DNA of 64,000 nucleotides. It comes from an uncultured Bacillota bacterium (lineage in GTDB: Bacteria; Bacillota; Clostridia; Christensenellales; Aristaeellaceae). The DNA lies in contig CAWVKS010000008.1 of NCBI GenBank assembly GCA_963930055.1, forward strand, positions 500,694-564,693, read 5' to 3'. The position numbers and the translations under genes were made by a program. Every line of letters begins with the position of its first letter. Positions within the stretch are counted from its first letter, which is position 1. Positions 11,558-22,429 of the stretch are shown here, piece by piece. Under the pieces are notes generated by a model. The model worked only from the letters and a program-made list of their open reading frames with translations. It ran no database searches and had not been told where the DNA came from.

Positions 11558-12202
11558 ATGACACAAAGGCAACGCGCCGCCGGGCGGACGGGGGAGCGCG
11601 CAATGTTGCGCCGCGCCCGCGCCGCGCGACGCCGCAGGCAGAGGCGCAGGGCGTTTTTCGCCATACTGGCGACGGCGTTGGCCGTGCTGCTGGCACTGGG
11701 CGCCTGGGCGCTCCTGGGGCGCGGGGGCAAGTCGCCGTTTGAGCGCTATCCCATGCGCTACGAGGCCGAGATCCGCGCTGTGGCGGAGGAATTTTCCCTC
11801 GACCCGGCCTACGTGGCCTCGGTGGTGCTGGCCGAATCCAGCTTCGACGCGCAGGCCGTCTCCTCCGCGGGGGCGATCGGTCTGATGCAGGTCATGCCCG
11901 CCACCGGCGAGTGGATCGCCGGCAAGCTGGACGAGGCGTTCGACGCGCAGAGACTCTATGAGCCGGAAGTCAACCTGCGCTACGGCTGTTGGTACCTGCG
12001 CTTTTTGCTCGACCGCTACGACGGCGATATGCGCACGGCCTCGACCGCCTACCATCAGGGGCAGGGCCGCGTGGACGAATGGCTGCAGGACCCCCAGTAC
12101 AGCCAGGACGGCAGGACGCTCACGGCGATCTCCTCCGCCGTCACCGATACTTATGTGAGCAGGATCATGGAGAGCTATGAGCATTACAAGGAGCTTTACT
12201 GA
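11558..12202 (+). CDS. Lytic transglycosylase (SLT domain) with N-terminal membrane anchor
   Basis: Basic N-terminus plus TM helix, then the SLT motifs …ESSFDAQAVSSAGAIGLMQVMPATGEW… and …YGCWYL…. The start could instead be ATG 11603. Confidence 0.75.
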   Translation: MTQRQRAAGRTGERAMLRRARAARRRRQRRRAFFAILATALAVLLALGAWALLGRGGKSPFERYPMRYEAEIRAVAEEFSLDPAYVASVVLAESSFDAQAVSSAGAIGLMQVMPATGEWIAGKLDEAFDAQRLYEPEVNLRYGCWYLRFLLDRYDGDMRTASTAYHQGQGRVDEWLQDPQYSQDGRTLTAISSAVTDTYVSRIMESYEHYKELY

Positions 12203-13799
12203 GCGGGCGGCGCGGCGGGCGCTGGCGCTTTGCACGGCGCTGGCGCTGCTGCTGCCCGCCGCCCATGCGGAGATGGCCCCGGCGGCGGATACGTTCGCCC
12301 AGGAGGCGCAGCAGTTTTTGGCGCAGCAGGAGGCGCAGGAACTGCCCGCGGACCTCACCGTGGGTTACCTGGCTTCCTCCGTCGGCGACATCAATCCCGT
12401 CTACTGCAACGAGCGCGACATGGTCAGCATCAACCAGCTGGTCTTTGAATCCGTGGTCGAGCTGGACCAGACGCAGAAACCCGTGCCCCTGCTGGCCGAC
12501 AGCTGGACGGTGGAGGGCAATGTCTGGACGTTTCACATGCGCCAGGGCGTGCAGTTCCACAACGGCATGGAGTGCCTGGCGCAGGACGTGGTGGCCAGCT
12601 ATGAGGCGTTTTTGTCTGCGCCGGACAGCAATCCCTACGCCGCGCGCCTTTCGATGATCGAATCCATGTCCGCGCCGGACGCCTATACGCTGGAGGTCAC
12701 CTCCCGCTTCACGGGCATGATGACGCTCTACGCCATGACCTTCCCGGTGATGGAGCGCAGCACGATCATGGACACGCTGCCGCGCGGCACCGGCCCTTAC
12801 TGGTACATCTCCTACGTCCCCGGCGTGTCCGTGCGGCTGGAGAGCAACCCCCTGTGGTGGAAGCAGCAGCCGCACATCGAAAGCGTGGTCGCCCGCTGCT
12901 ACTACACCACCGCCGAGGCGCTGGAGGGCCTGCAGACCGGCGAGATCGACGCCTTTTCCACGCGCTCCTATTCCGCGGCCTTCAACCGCCGCCTGAGCAC
13001 GGTGCTCACTACGGACTATCCCACCGCCAGCTACGAGATGCTGGTGCCCAACCTGCGCGCTTCCTCGCCGCTGTCCGACCAGCGCGTGCGCCAGGCGGTG
13101 ATGTATGCCATCGACCGCGCCACGCTGGTGTCCAATGCCTATCTGGAAATGGCGCAGCAGAGCGAAGTGCCCATCGTGCCGGGCACATGGCTCTACGAGA
13201 GCCAGTCCGCCATCTACTATTACAGCCCGGAGCGCGCCCTGCAGCTGCTCAATCAGGCCGGCTGGACGAACCTTACCAGCCCCGCCAAGCTGTCGCGCAT
13301 CGGCGAGGACGGCCTGGTGGAGGATCTGGAGATCCGCATCGTCACCTATACGGACGCCATTTCCTCCGTGCGCGCCAACGCCGCCGAGCAGATCGCCGCC
13401 AACCTGCGCGCCGTGGGCGTGAAGGCCACCGTGCTCAACAGCTCCAGCGACGACGTGACCGACGCCATTGCCGACGGCGATTTCGACCTGGCGCTGGTCG
13501 GCGTTAACCTCAGCGAGGTGCCCAACCTGCGCGCCCTGCTGGCCGAGGATGGCGCGCTCAACTTCTCCGGCGCCACCAGCACCGAACTGGAAGCGATGAT
13601 CGCGCGCACATTCACCGCCGTCACCGAGGAGGAGATGCTCGCCGCGTACAGCGACCTGCAGATGTATATCGCGCAGAACCTGCCCTTCCTCGGCCTCGTA
13701 TTCCGCACCGGCAGCGTGCTTTCCACGCGCTCCCTGGCCGGCCTGGCCGGCACGCGCGAAAACGACGTATACAACGGCCTGGAATTCGTGGAAAAGTAG
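12177..13799 (+). CDS. ABC transporter substrate-binding protein, family 5 (peptide/nickel type)
   Basis: Signal peptide (ALALCTALALLLPAAHA) and 540-aa SBP_bac_5-like organisation. The antisense ORF 12165-13835 is rejected. Confidence 0.75.
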   Translation: MSITRSFTERAARRALALCTALALLLPAAHAEMAPAADTFAQEAQQFLAQQEAQELPADLTVGYLASSVGDINPVYCNERDMVSINQLVFESVVELDQTQKPVPLLADSWTVEGNVWTFHMRQGVQFHNGMECLAQDVVASYEAFLSAPDSNPYAARLSMIESMSAPDAYTLEVTSRFTGMMTLYAMTFPVMERSTIMDTLPRGTGPYWYISYVPGVSVRLESNPLWWKQQPHIESVVARCYYTTAEALEGLQTGEIDAFSTRSYSAAFNRRLSTVLTTDYPTASYEMLVPNLRASSPLSDQRVRQAVMYAIDRATLVSNAYLEMAQQSEVPIVPGTWLYESQSAIYYYSPERALQLLNQAGWTNLTSPAKLSRIGEDGLVEDLEIRIVTYTDAISSVRANAAEQIAANLRAVGVKATVLNSSSDDVTDAIADGDFDLALVGVNLSEVPNLRALLAEDGALNFSGATSTELEAMIARTFTAVTEEEMLAAYSDLQMYIAQNLPFLGLVFRTGSVLSTRSLAGLAGTRENDVYNGLEFVEK

Positions 13800-14008
13800 G
13801 CAAGCGCGTCTTTGGCAAGCCCGTTTCGCCGCCAATGGGGGCGGGAAAGTGAAATTATTTCAAAACTATTACAAAAATACTTCATTCATACACATTTAAC
13901 ATTTGGAATGTGAAGGAATTCTTTCCATCACGTCGTATTTATATTGCATACCTTCAATAATTTCGGTGCGTATGCGCATCGGCAGACGATTGCGAGGAGA
14001 ACGAGCCC

Positions 14009-17000
14009 ATGATACTTGCGAGCAAAAAGACGGCCGGAAAGCGGGTACTGCCATTGCTGATGGCGATGGTGTTCCTGTTGCTCTCCCTGCCGGCAACGGC
14101 GTTTGCGGAGAGCCTGACGGCCGTCGTCGCCGTCGACCCGATGGCGGTGTACGCGGACAGCGGCCTTTCGCGGCAGGTCGGTACGCTTGGCCGGGGCGAG
14201 GTTGTCCTGGTCGAGAGCTACAGCGGCGGCGTCGCCTATTTCCGCTATCTGGAGACGGGCGGCAGCGGCTACGCGCGCACTGCCGACCTGCAGCTTGCGG
14301 ACGATGCCGGCGAAGCCACGCGCATACAGATCAACGGCGCCTATTTCTACTGCGAGATGAGCACCTCCGCCCAGTACAGGCGGCTGCGCGCCGGCGCGAC
14401 CGTCTATGTCCTCAGCACGAGCGGCAGCTGGGCGCGCGTGGCCTGCGACGGCCTGGGCGGCTATATGCTTTTGAGCGACCTGAACGGCGAGGCCAAGCCT
14501 GAGCCAACGCAGCAGGCGCCGCAGGACGCGCTTGCCGGCTTTTCCCGCGTGGACAAGTCCGCCACACTGCTTGCCGATGTGGTGACGGTCTATACCGAGC
14601 CGGACACCGGCGCTTCCACCGTCGGCCGCCTGGCGCGCGGCACGCAGGTGCGCGTTACCTACATCAGCGAGGATTGGGCGTTCATCACCTGCGCCGGCCG
14701 CAGCGGTTTCGCGCAGCTTCGCTATCTCCTGCCCGGAGACAATGTGCAGGTCAAGGACATGGCCGCCGCCTCCAAGGGGCAGAACCCCGTCTATGAGACC
14801 GCCTCCGCCTCCGCCGCGCGCCTGACCACGCTGGCGACGGGCGAGGAAGTGACCGTCATTGCCCACAACGGCTCCTGGGCCTGTCTGCGCACGGAGGACA
14901 ACGTCACCGGCTACGCGCCCCTCTCCGGCCTTGAGCGCCTGTCGGGCAGCGTCATCGCCCCCACGGCCACGCCCGCGCCCTCCCAGGGCTTCGAGGATGC
15001 CGAGGGCGTTGTCACCGAAACGGTGCCGGCCCTCTCCATCCGCGATACATACGTCTACAAAAGCCCTTCCACCGCCTCGGAGAACCAGGGCCTTCTCCCC
15101 GCCGGCAAGCAGGTGACAGTGCTGATGCGCAACGCCAACTGGGCATACATCACCGCCGGCGGCAAATACGGCTTCTGCGACCTCTACGCGCTTGAGCCGC
15201 TGGAAAACAGCGCCACGCAGGCGCCCGAGGTGGACCTGAGCGGCTACCGCAAGGTCAACATGACGGCCATGGTCGTCACCGGCACGTCCGTCTACGCGCA
15301 GGCCAGCACCTCTTCCCAGTCGCTGGCGTCGCTGCAGGCCGGCACGCTGGTCAATGTGGTCGCCTACAACAGCGATTGGGCCTACATCTCCCGCTCCGAC
15401 GGCAACGGCTTTGTGCCGCTGCGCGCCGTGTTGCCGGGCGACGATGGCGTGCTGCGCACCCGCAGCGGCATCGTCGTGCGCGATACCAGCGTCTATGAGA
15501 CGGCGTCGGCCTCTTCCCGCGTGCTGGGCAATGTCTCGCGCGGCGATGTGCTCACCGTGCTCGCCTATAACACCACCTGGGCCTATGTGCGCGGCTCCAG
15601 CGGCGGCGAAGGCTACATGAGCCTTTCGGCCATCATCCCCTATGAGGGCGGCTCCACGGCTACGCCCGCGCCCTCCATCCCCGCTGACCAGAACATCCCC
15701 GTCACGGTGACGGTGGACAGGCTGGATATCTACGCCTCGCCCACCACGCAGAGCCAGTACCTCGGCTACGTCGCCTATGGCACGCAGTTGACCGTGCTCG
15801 GCCATGACGGCACCTGGGCGCTCGTCACCGGCGACGGCAACCAGCACGGCTACTGCCTGCTTACCGGCCTGACCGCCGACGACCAGTTCGGCAGCGGCAC
15901 GCCCGCCACGGTCACGGTGGATTTCCTCACCGTCTATCGCTCCGCCTCGGTCAGCTCCGCCGTGCTCGGCACGATCAAGCGCGGCGACGAGGTGACGGTC
16001 GTCGACCACAACGGCAACTGGGCCTATGTGCGCAGCCCAAGCGGCAACTACGGCTTCTGCCAGCTCTCCGGCCTTACGCCCACCTCGCAGGTGCAGCCCG
16101 AGCCGGATGACGATACCGTGAAGTACGTGGCCACCGTCATCTACCCCAAGGCGCCCTTCTTCCAGAGCGCTTCGCAGGACAGCGCCTATGTCTCCATCTC
16201 CGCCGGCACCGACGTCAACGTCTATAAGTACAACCCCAATTCCGGCTGGGGATATGTGGGCATCGGCAACCAGCGCGGCTATATGCTGCTCAAGCACCTG
16301 AGCAAGACCGAGTATTCGACGCTCGCGGAAGGATCTTCCGGCACGGCTGTGCTGGTGCTCCAGCAGGAGCTGGAAAAGCGCGGCTACTTTGACGGCGTGC
16401 CGGGGGGCAACTTCAGCTCGCTGACCAGCTCCGCCGTGGCCCGCTTCCAGTCCGCCGTGGGCCTGAGCGCCACCGGCAGGGCTGACCAGATCACCCAGCG
16501 CATACTCTACGGCGGCTACGCGCCCGATTCGCCCATCCTGAGCGTCACGCTCACCAATGGCAGCACCGGCGATAACGTCTCCCGCCTGCAGACGCGCCTC
16601 TACTATAAGGGCTACCTGTCCAAGTCCTCCAGCGTGGACGGCGACTATGGCAGCACCACCGCCTCGGCCGTGAAGCTGTTCCAGACCGCCGCGGGCCTGA
16701 GCGCCACCGGCACGGCCGATTCCAACACGCTGCGCGCGCTGTACAGCAACAACGCGCCCAAGAACCCCTCCACCGCGCCCGACGCGGGCGGCAGCGGCGG
16801 CGGTTCCTCCTCCGGCGGCGGCGATTCCACGCAGGACCACCTGCCGGATAACCCCACGCGCGCGGAGAAGATCGAGTACGTCATCTACGTGGCGCAGCAG
16901 CAGCTGGGCAAGCCCTATGTCTACGGCGCTTCCGGCACCAGCAAGTACGACTGCTCCGGCCTGACGCTCTACTGCTACAAGCAGGTCGGCGTGTCCTTGC

Positions 17001-17245
17001 CGCACTCGGCGCAGATGCAGGGTTACAACTGCGGCACGAAGATCGAGAGCCTTTCCAGCATGCAGCGCGGCGACATCGTCTGCATGAACACCGTGTCCGA
17101 CAGCGACCTGTCCGACCACGTCGGCATCTACCTGGGCAACAACAAGATGATCCACGCCTCCTCCGGCGCGGGCGAAGTCATCATCTCCGACCTGGGCAGA
17201 GGCTACTACAACCGCGTGTTCTCCTGGGGACGCCGCGTGCTGTAA
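14009..17245 (+). CDS. Cell-wall hydrolase: about 11 bacterial SH3 repeats, 2 PG_binding_1 domains, C-terminal NlpC/P60 peptidase
   Basis: Signal peptide, then repeated SH3_3-like units (…VY.. PSTASE..G.L..G..VTVL.. NG.WAYI…) and two peptidoglycan-binding repeats (…LQ.EL…GYF.G…DG.FGS.T..AV..FQ…). The C-terminus has the NlpC/P60 catalytic Cys (YDCSGL) and His (HVGIYLG). Confidence 0.8.
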   Translation: MILASKKTAGKRVLPLLMAMVFLLLSLPATAFAESLTAVVAVDPMAVYADSGLSRQVGTLGRGEVVLVESYSGGVAYFRYLETGGSGYARTADLQLADDAGEATRIQINGAYFYCEMSTSAQYRRLRAGATVYVLSTSGSWARVACDGLGGYMLLSDLNGEAKPEPTQQAPQDALAGFSRVDKSATLLADVVTVYTEPDTGASTVGRLARGTQVRVTYISEDWAFITCAGRSGFAQLRYLLPGDNVQVKDMAAASKGQNPVYETASASAARLTTLATGEEVTVIAHNGSWACLRTEDNVTGYAPLSGLERLSGSVIAPTATPAPSQGFEDAEGVVTETVPALSIRDTYVYKSPSTASENQGLLPAGKQVTVLMRNANWAYITAGGKYGFCDLYALEPLENSATQAPEVDLSGYRKVNMTAMVVTGTSVYAQASTSSQSLASLQAGTLVNVVAYNSDWAYISRSDGNGFVPLRAVLPGDDGVLRTRSGIVVRDTSVYETASASSRVLGNVSRGDVLTVLAYNTTWAYVRGSSGGEGYMSLSAIIPYEGGSTATPAPSIPADQNIPVTVTVDRLDIYASPTTQSQYLGYVAYGTQLTVLGHDGTWALVTGDGNQHGYCLLTGLTADDQFGSGTPATVTVDFLTVYRSASVSSAVLGTIKRGDEVTVVDHNGNWAYVRSPSGNYGFCQLSGLTPTSQVQPEPDDDTVKYVATVIYPKAPFFQSASQDSAYVSISAGTDVNVYKYNPNSGWGYVGIGNQRGYMLLKHLSKTEYSTLAEGSSGTAVLVLQQELEKRGYFDGVPGGNFSSLTSSAVARFQSAVGLSATGRADQITQRILYGGYAPDSPILSVTLTNGSTGDNVSRLQTRLYYKGYLSKSSSVDGDYGSTTASAVKLFQTAAGLSATGTADSNTLRALYSNNAPKNPSTAPDAGGSGGGSSSGGGDSTQDHLPDNPTRAEKIEYVIYVAQQQLGKPYVYGASGTSKYDCSGLTLYCYKQVGVSLPHSAQMQGYNCGTKIESLSSMQRGDIVCMNTVSDSDLSDHVGIYLGNNKMIHASSGAGEVIISDLGRGYYNRVFSWGRRVL

Positions 17246-17269
17246 GGCAGGGAAGCCCGCCACAGGCGC

Positions 17270-17304
17270 GCGGGCGGCCGCTTGCGCAAAGCGTAAGCGG
17301 CCGC
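17270..17304 (+). terminator. Terminator-like GC hairpin after the hydrolase gene
   Basis: 10-bp perfect stem gggcggccgc…gcggccgccc with a weak U-tract. A second hairpin lies at 17334-17372. Confidence 0.4.
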
Positions 17305-17595
17305 CCGGAGCGTTTGCAAAGACCACGAATGCAAAGACCGCCCTGATGAATGCGATCAGCGGCGGTCTTTGCGTTCGGCGGGGGGAGGGGACTTGCGTGC
17401 CGCGCGGGAGCGCCCGAGCCTCCCTGCCGGCGGGCTTGCATCCGCGCAAGCCGCTTCAGAAGCAGGTTGCTTTTCCGGCTCGAGGGTCTTTCCGCGTCCT
17501 GCCGCCCTGCCCGCCTTGTGGATATACGCGGCGGCCGCCCTTTTCCACGCCGTCCGCCCATTCGTAAAGATTTGCGCAAATCTCGCTCGATACCC

Positions 17596-17624
17596 TTGCA
17601 TTTATGGCCGATTTGATGTATAAT
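17596..17624 (+). promoter_or_regulatory. Sigma-A type promoter for tRNA-Thr (TTGCAT-17-TATAAT)
   Basis: TTGCAT at 17596-17601, 17-nt spacer, TATAAT at 17619-17624, about 20 nt upstream of the tRNA 5' end. Confidence 0.5.
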
Positions 17625-17645
17625 ATTTCTCGTGCCGTAAAGCAT

Positions 17646-17790
<145 letters not shown>

Positions 17791-17892
17791 TGCATTTGTC
17801 CGATCCCCTTGCGTCCAAATCCGGTTTTTGTCCAAAACCCTGTCCAAAATTCGCGTGCGCAGCGCCTGAAAAGCCCTGTGCCGCAGGCGATT

Positions 17893-19377
17893 TCAGACTT
17901 TGGCGCGTGTCCAGGATCCTGTCCAGTCACAGGCCAACCCATAAGCGCTTGCCACGGGAGTAGCGGTGTTCTGTGTTTCGTCTCTGCCCTTCACGTAATG
18001 CTTGAAGGTCATCGCCGCCGTGGTGTGCCCCGCCGCGCTCTGCACCTGCTTGACGTCCTTCGTGGCGTCATACAGGTCTGTGAGTACGGTCGTACGAAAG
18101 CGCCTTGGGGTGATCTTCTCGTCAAACCCTATCTCCTTCTGGATGCGTTCGCACATTCTCTGCATCATCGAATAGGACAGCGGCGCTTTTCCGCCAAGCA
18201 CAAATTCCTCGGGCGCGCCAACTTCCAGATAGCGAACGACCTGCGGCGCGAGGTCTAAAAAGCGTTCGCTTTCCTCCGTCTTGGTCGCCTTGAACACCGG
18301 CTGATTCCTGTCGGGGTGCGTAACGGAATGGCGAACGTGTATCTTCAGCGCGTCAAGGTCAATATCCATCCAGCGCAACCCCAGCGTTTCCTCGGGCCGC
18401 AAGGGATGCAGCGCTTGCAGCGCCAGAAACATCCTGTCCATCGGCTTTTTCAGCTTCTCAATGTTGGCGATCAAAAAGTGCATCTGCTCGACGGTGTACG
18501 GCTCTGTTGGCTTGCTGGCTCCGCCTGTAATGCGCAACCGGCGAGAGGCCAACGGATTTCTGGCGATGATGCTTTCTTCAACCGCCAAGTTGAAGATCAT
18601 ATTCAGGACGTTCCTGCATTTCATCTTTGTCGCTTTCGCGCCGCCCATGCCGTTGAACAGCTTCTGCGCGTCCGCCGTTGTAATGTCCTCGACATTTCTG
18701 CCTTCAAACGCCGGATAGAGGTAGCGCGTCAACTGGCGTTCATAGGTAATAGCCGTCGCCTGCGCCGTGTTTGACCCGGAAAACGTATCAAACCAGTATT
18801 GCGCATACGCCCTGAACTCGTGCTTTTGCGGCGCTTCAGGCGCTTTCGCAGCCGTGCAGCCCAGCGCCATGGACGCCTTGAGTACATATTCCTCTTCGCT
18901 GTTGGCTCGGATGCGCACCTCCTTTCCGTCGATCCTCAACCTGCGGTCGATCTTGGGTTTTCCCATTTCCATGCCCTCCTGTAAGGGCATATACTGTTCT
19001 TCATCCATGTTGCGACAAAGGAACCACATCCATTGTACACCACTGCGGAAGGCTTCGTCAAGCCGCTGGTTGCGTTCCCGCTGCCGATCCAGACGGCGTA
19101 TCAAATCGCGCATGGCAAGCGCCCTGTTCTTCTTCCGCAAGCGGCCAATCTCCATCGACGCCACCTCATTGACCTTGGCAAGCAGTCCTTCCACGTCGCC
19201 CTGCGTATAAACAGGAGCGGCAGGCTCGTCAATAAGTACCATTTCCAATGTATTTCCGCTCAACATATCGTCATCTCCATTTATCCAGTACCATTCCCCG
19301 TCGTGGGGTATATTCCACGCATTTTGCTCAACTTTACGCACTTTCCGGCAACTCCAGACTGTCAGAAGTGATTTCAA
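17893..19377 (-). CDS. Tyrosine-type site-specific integrase
   Basis: C-terminal catalytic region (…LRWMDIDL…HVRHSVTH…HTTAAMTFKHYV…) with R/H/R/Y-type motifs. Reads toward the tRNA-Thr 3' end, the typical island arrangement. Confidence 0.8.
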   Translation of the reverse strand: MKSLLTVWSCRKVRKVEQNAWNIPHDGEWYWINGDDDMLSGNTLEMVLIDEPAAPVYTQGDVEGLLAKVNEVASMEIGRLRKKNRALAMRDLIRRLDRQRERNQRLDEAFRSGVQWMWFLCRNMDEEQYMPLQEGMEMGKPKIDRRLRIDGKEVRIRANSEEEYVLKASMALGCTAAKAPEAPQKHEFRAYAQYWFDTFSGSNTAQATAITYERQLTRYLYPAFEGRNVEDITTADAQKLFNGMGGAKATKMKCRNVLNMIFNLAVEESIIARNPLASRRLRITGGASKPTEPYTVEQMHFLIANIEKLKKPMDRMFLALQALHPLRPEETLGLRWMDIDLDALKIHVRHSVTHPDRNQPVFKATKTEESERFLDLAPQVVRYLEVGAPEEFVLGGKAPLSYSMMQRMCERIQKEIGFDEKITPRRFRTTVLTDLYDATKDVKQVQSAAGHTTAAMTFKHYVKGRDETQNTATPVASAYGLACDWTGSWTRAKV

Positions 19378-20554
19378 GCCAGGCTTTTAGTATTTCCCGC
19401 ATCCTTCGGCTGGGAATATATAGCTTGACAGGAATACTATTGCGGATCGCCGACCGCCAGATCCACTGGAGCATATTGGAGAGCGCGTACTGATCGTCAT
19501 CTATGCACCCACCATGGTCGGCAAACCATTGCTTGACCGATGGATCTGGGAACATATTGACCAGATAGGCAAGATACACGCTGTCGCCCCATTCGTTCGT
19601 TGCCCGCGCATTGCAGGGGCAAAATCTGTTCTTCCAGCGGGTCTTTATAGTCGGATCTTTATATGAGTTGCCCTTAAACAATGTCCAGAGAACTTTGCCG
19701 CTGTCCACCTTCCAGATGTTCCGCAGTAAATTGTAGGTGTTGTCCATAAGCTTTTGCCATTCTGTGCCGCGTCTCTTCCACCAAGATGCGCTCAGCGCTG
19801 TTCTTTTATTGCCGATTTCGTTGAGATGTCCTTCATAAATCTCGAACATATCAACTATGCGCTGTTTTCTTCTGGCAAGGGGCTGTTCGCCTGGCACGAG
19901 CGTTTCGCCCTCATCGATGTGGCACACTTTATATCCAAGGCCATTTACCAAGAGATACTGCTCCAGACAGGAGCCCTTGAACAGGAATGTCAGTATGTAG
20001 ATTTCTCTAAACGCCTGAAAAATGCTGATGGGGAAAAGCCACAAGAGAGCGTTGCCCTTGTACTGAACGACGCACTTTGTTTTGATCTGACGCTTCAGTT
20101 CACGATGATTCCCTTCATAATCGCCCGCCGTCCAAATGACCCGTTGCGTGCCCTCTTCTACACGAGTATACCTTTGCAAATCCTCCAGATCGAAACGCGA
20201 GGCGTTCAGCTTTTCCACTACATCGATTACTTCATCAAGGATCAGCGTATAACCCTGCTCCTGAATCAGTGTAAGGATACGCTCCGTGACAGGAACGCGC
20301 TTGAACAGTTCATGTGTGGTTGCGATGCACGCGCCTTCCTCAAGGAGTTTAAGAAAATCCGCCTGTTTCGTTCTGCCCGCGTTTTCTTCTGTCGGCTGTC
20401 TGAAATGAGGAGAGGCGCTCAAAATGCGATTGACTTCGTCGATAAATGGCGTGCAATAGATAAATCGCTGTTCTTTATGGCAATTCATATACTTGATTGC
20501 CCAGTTCGTCTTTCCAGTACCCATAATAGAATCCACTGCGTATATCTGCGTCAT
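19334..20554 (-). CDS. P-loop NTPase, Zot-like / replication-associated ATPase of mobile elements
   Basis: Walker A (DSIMGTGKTNWAI) and Walker B (TLILDEVIDV). AT-rich codon usage distinct from the host. Confidence 0.5.
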   Translation of the reverse strand: MTQIYAVDSIMGTGKTNWAIKYMNCHKEQRFIYCTPFIDEVNRILSASPHFRQPTEENAGRTKQADFLKLLEEGACIATTHELFKRVPVTERILTLIQEQGYTLILDEVIDVVEKLNASRFDLEDLQRYTRVEEGTQRVIWTAGDYEGNHRELKRQIKTKCVVQYKGNALLWLFPISIFQAFREIYILTFLFKGSCLEQYLLVNGLGYKVCHIDEGETLVPGEQPLARRKQRIVDMFEIYEGHLNEIGNKRTALSASWWKRRGTEWQKLMDNTYNLLRNIWKVDSGKVLWTLFKGNSYKDPTIKTRWKNRFCPCNARATNEWGDSVYLAYLVNMFPDPSVKQWFADHGGCIDDDQYALSNMLQWIWRSAIRNSIPVKLYIPSRRMREILKAWLEITSDSLELPESA

Positions 20555-21503
20555 GTAACCTCCTGGATGTTTTTTCTCTCTAGGAAATCAAAATAAAGAG
20601 GGTGGAAGATTCCATCCCTTCGGACAGGGCTCAGCCAGGGCATTTGGCTAAGCTTTTTCACCGCGCGCCGCTTCGTATAGACCGGCTGCGCGATTTTCAT
20701 TTTAGCAGGCGCATGTTATGCCTCAGTTCTCTTGGAATAGAGCGGGCAAAAAAGCCGCGCGGGCGCACCGCTGGCGTCCGCGTGACCATCCATACTCCGG
20801 CATATAATCTCGGAGCAACCAACTGCGTAACAGTAGTTTCTTCTTTGCCTGTAAACAAGTTCTTTAATAGCCGCCTACCGCGAGCAGCGGTCGGTCTTCC
20901 ATCTGTATTGAAGAGTTGACCCATATTCGTATCATAGGATATGGGTCACGGTATTGCCACATGGCATAGTATCTGCCCATTCAAATGAGTGCCATGAGGC
21001 AATAGCCTTTCTACTGCCGTGAGGACCGACCACGTCGCCGTTGCAGTGCAGCGTTTCGCGGACGCTCTGGTTCCATCTCCTCGGCAGGATGGGGCTATAT
21101 CGTTTTCAAGGTTCCTCGGACACGTCTGTCACCGTGTGGTTCACCATATCCCGATGCTTGCGATGCTGATGGTTGATGAATGGCTCTCGGATATGATCAG
21201 TGATGCGCTGTACGGGGCGAGGCGATAGGCTACATCAAGGGTCTTTATCTTGTTGGCGGCTCAGTCTGCCGCGCACATGGTTCCATAGAAAGCTTCCGTC
21301 CACTTGGAAAGCGTCCCTATCAACCCACAGTAATACAATACTGCGTGTTCGCAATAACTTCAACGAATTTGCCGTTTTCTTTCGGAAAAATTTGTGAAAT
21401 TCCGCACTTGTGACGATCTGGCCGCCAAAAAACGGCGCATCCCGGTCTTGTACCGTTGCGCCGTAAGAATAACCGCCAAAACAAACAAAAATCTATTTTT
21501 GCG

Positions 21504-21743
21504 CTATTGGCCTCCATCTTCCTGCTGCCTGCCCTCGGCAACATCGTCCACATATTCGAGCAGGTCGCCGGGCTGGCAGTTCAGCATCCGGCAAATTTTA
21601 TTCATGACTGACCATGAGACCAACTGGCCTTCACGAATCTGCTGCATCGTGCGTTCGCCGATGATCTTTTCCGTCCTGATCCGATGCGTAGAGTATCCTG
21701 CTTTTTTCAGCGCCGGCAAAACGTCGATCTTGTATTGGATCGC
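21504..21743 (-). CDS. XRE-family helix-turn-helix transcriptional regulator
   Basis: MAIQYKIDVLPALKKAGYSTHRI…QLVSWSVMNKICRMLNCQPGDLLEYV matches Cro/C1-type HTH_26-like small regulators. Confidence 0.55.
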   Translation of the reverse strand, partial: AIQYKIDVLPALKKAGYSTHRIRTEKIIGERTMQQIREGQLVSWSVMNKICRMLNCQPGDLLEYVDDVAEGRQQEDGGQ

Positions 21744-22013
21744 CATAACCCTGCCTCCATTCCCTTTGATAGTCCAATAAAGCAACTTGCAGAAAATACG
21801 CATCCCATGCCGCCCGAAAAAATGGAAACCACCCCCAAGCAAAAACTATTATACAGCAAGTACTCACCCAACTCAAGTGTATAGTTGTGCAAACTATGCA
21901 CTCATATATTGTGTATATTTCCGGTATTGACTACACTTATATTGGGTGTTATATTTGTCGTGTCGCAAGGGCATCACCCAAAAACAACGAACTGGAAAGG
22001 AAGGCAACGAACA

Positions 22014-22291
22014 TGTGCAATCAGTCGGAACTTATCTCGAAGGTGGAAGCGCTCAAGGAATGGCAGGCGCTCTTGGAAGAGGCGGAGACCATGGTGGAAT
22101 CGCTGAAGGACTTCATCAAGGCGGAGATGCAGGCGCGTGGCGTTGAGGAAATGGAAGTGGCGACGCACATCTGCCGTTTTACCACCATTCTGCCAAATCG
22201 CTTTGATACGACTGCCTTCAAGCGTGTTCATGGCGACCTCTACAAGGCGTTCACAAAGCAGATCACTGCCCGCCGCTTCTCCGTCACCTGA
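22014..22291 (+). CDS. Hypothetical small protein (island cargo)
   Basis: ORF with balanced composition in the low-GC cargo region (MCNQSELISKVEALKEWQALLEEAET…). Confidence 0.3.
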
Positions 22292-22429
22292 AACAAAATC
22301 CCCTTTACAGGGGTGCCGCCCTGCAAGGGGCGCAATCGCCCAACAGCGCGAGGGCTGCGGCTTCATTATAGCCGTCGCTCTCCCTTCCGTTAAGAAGAAA
22401 ACGACCGCCAGAAGGAAAGGGGTACAGCC

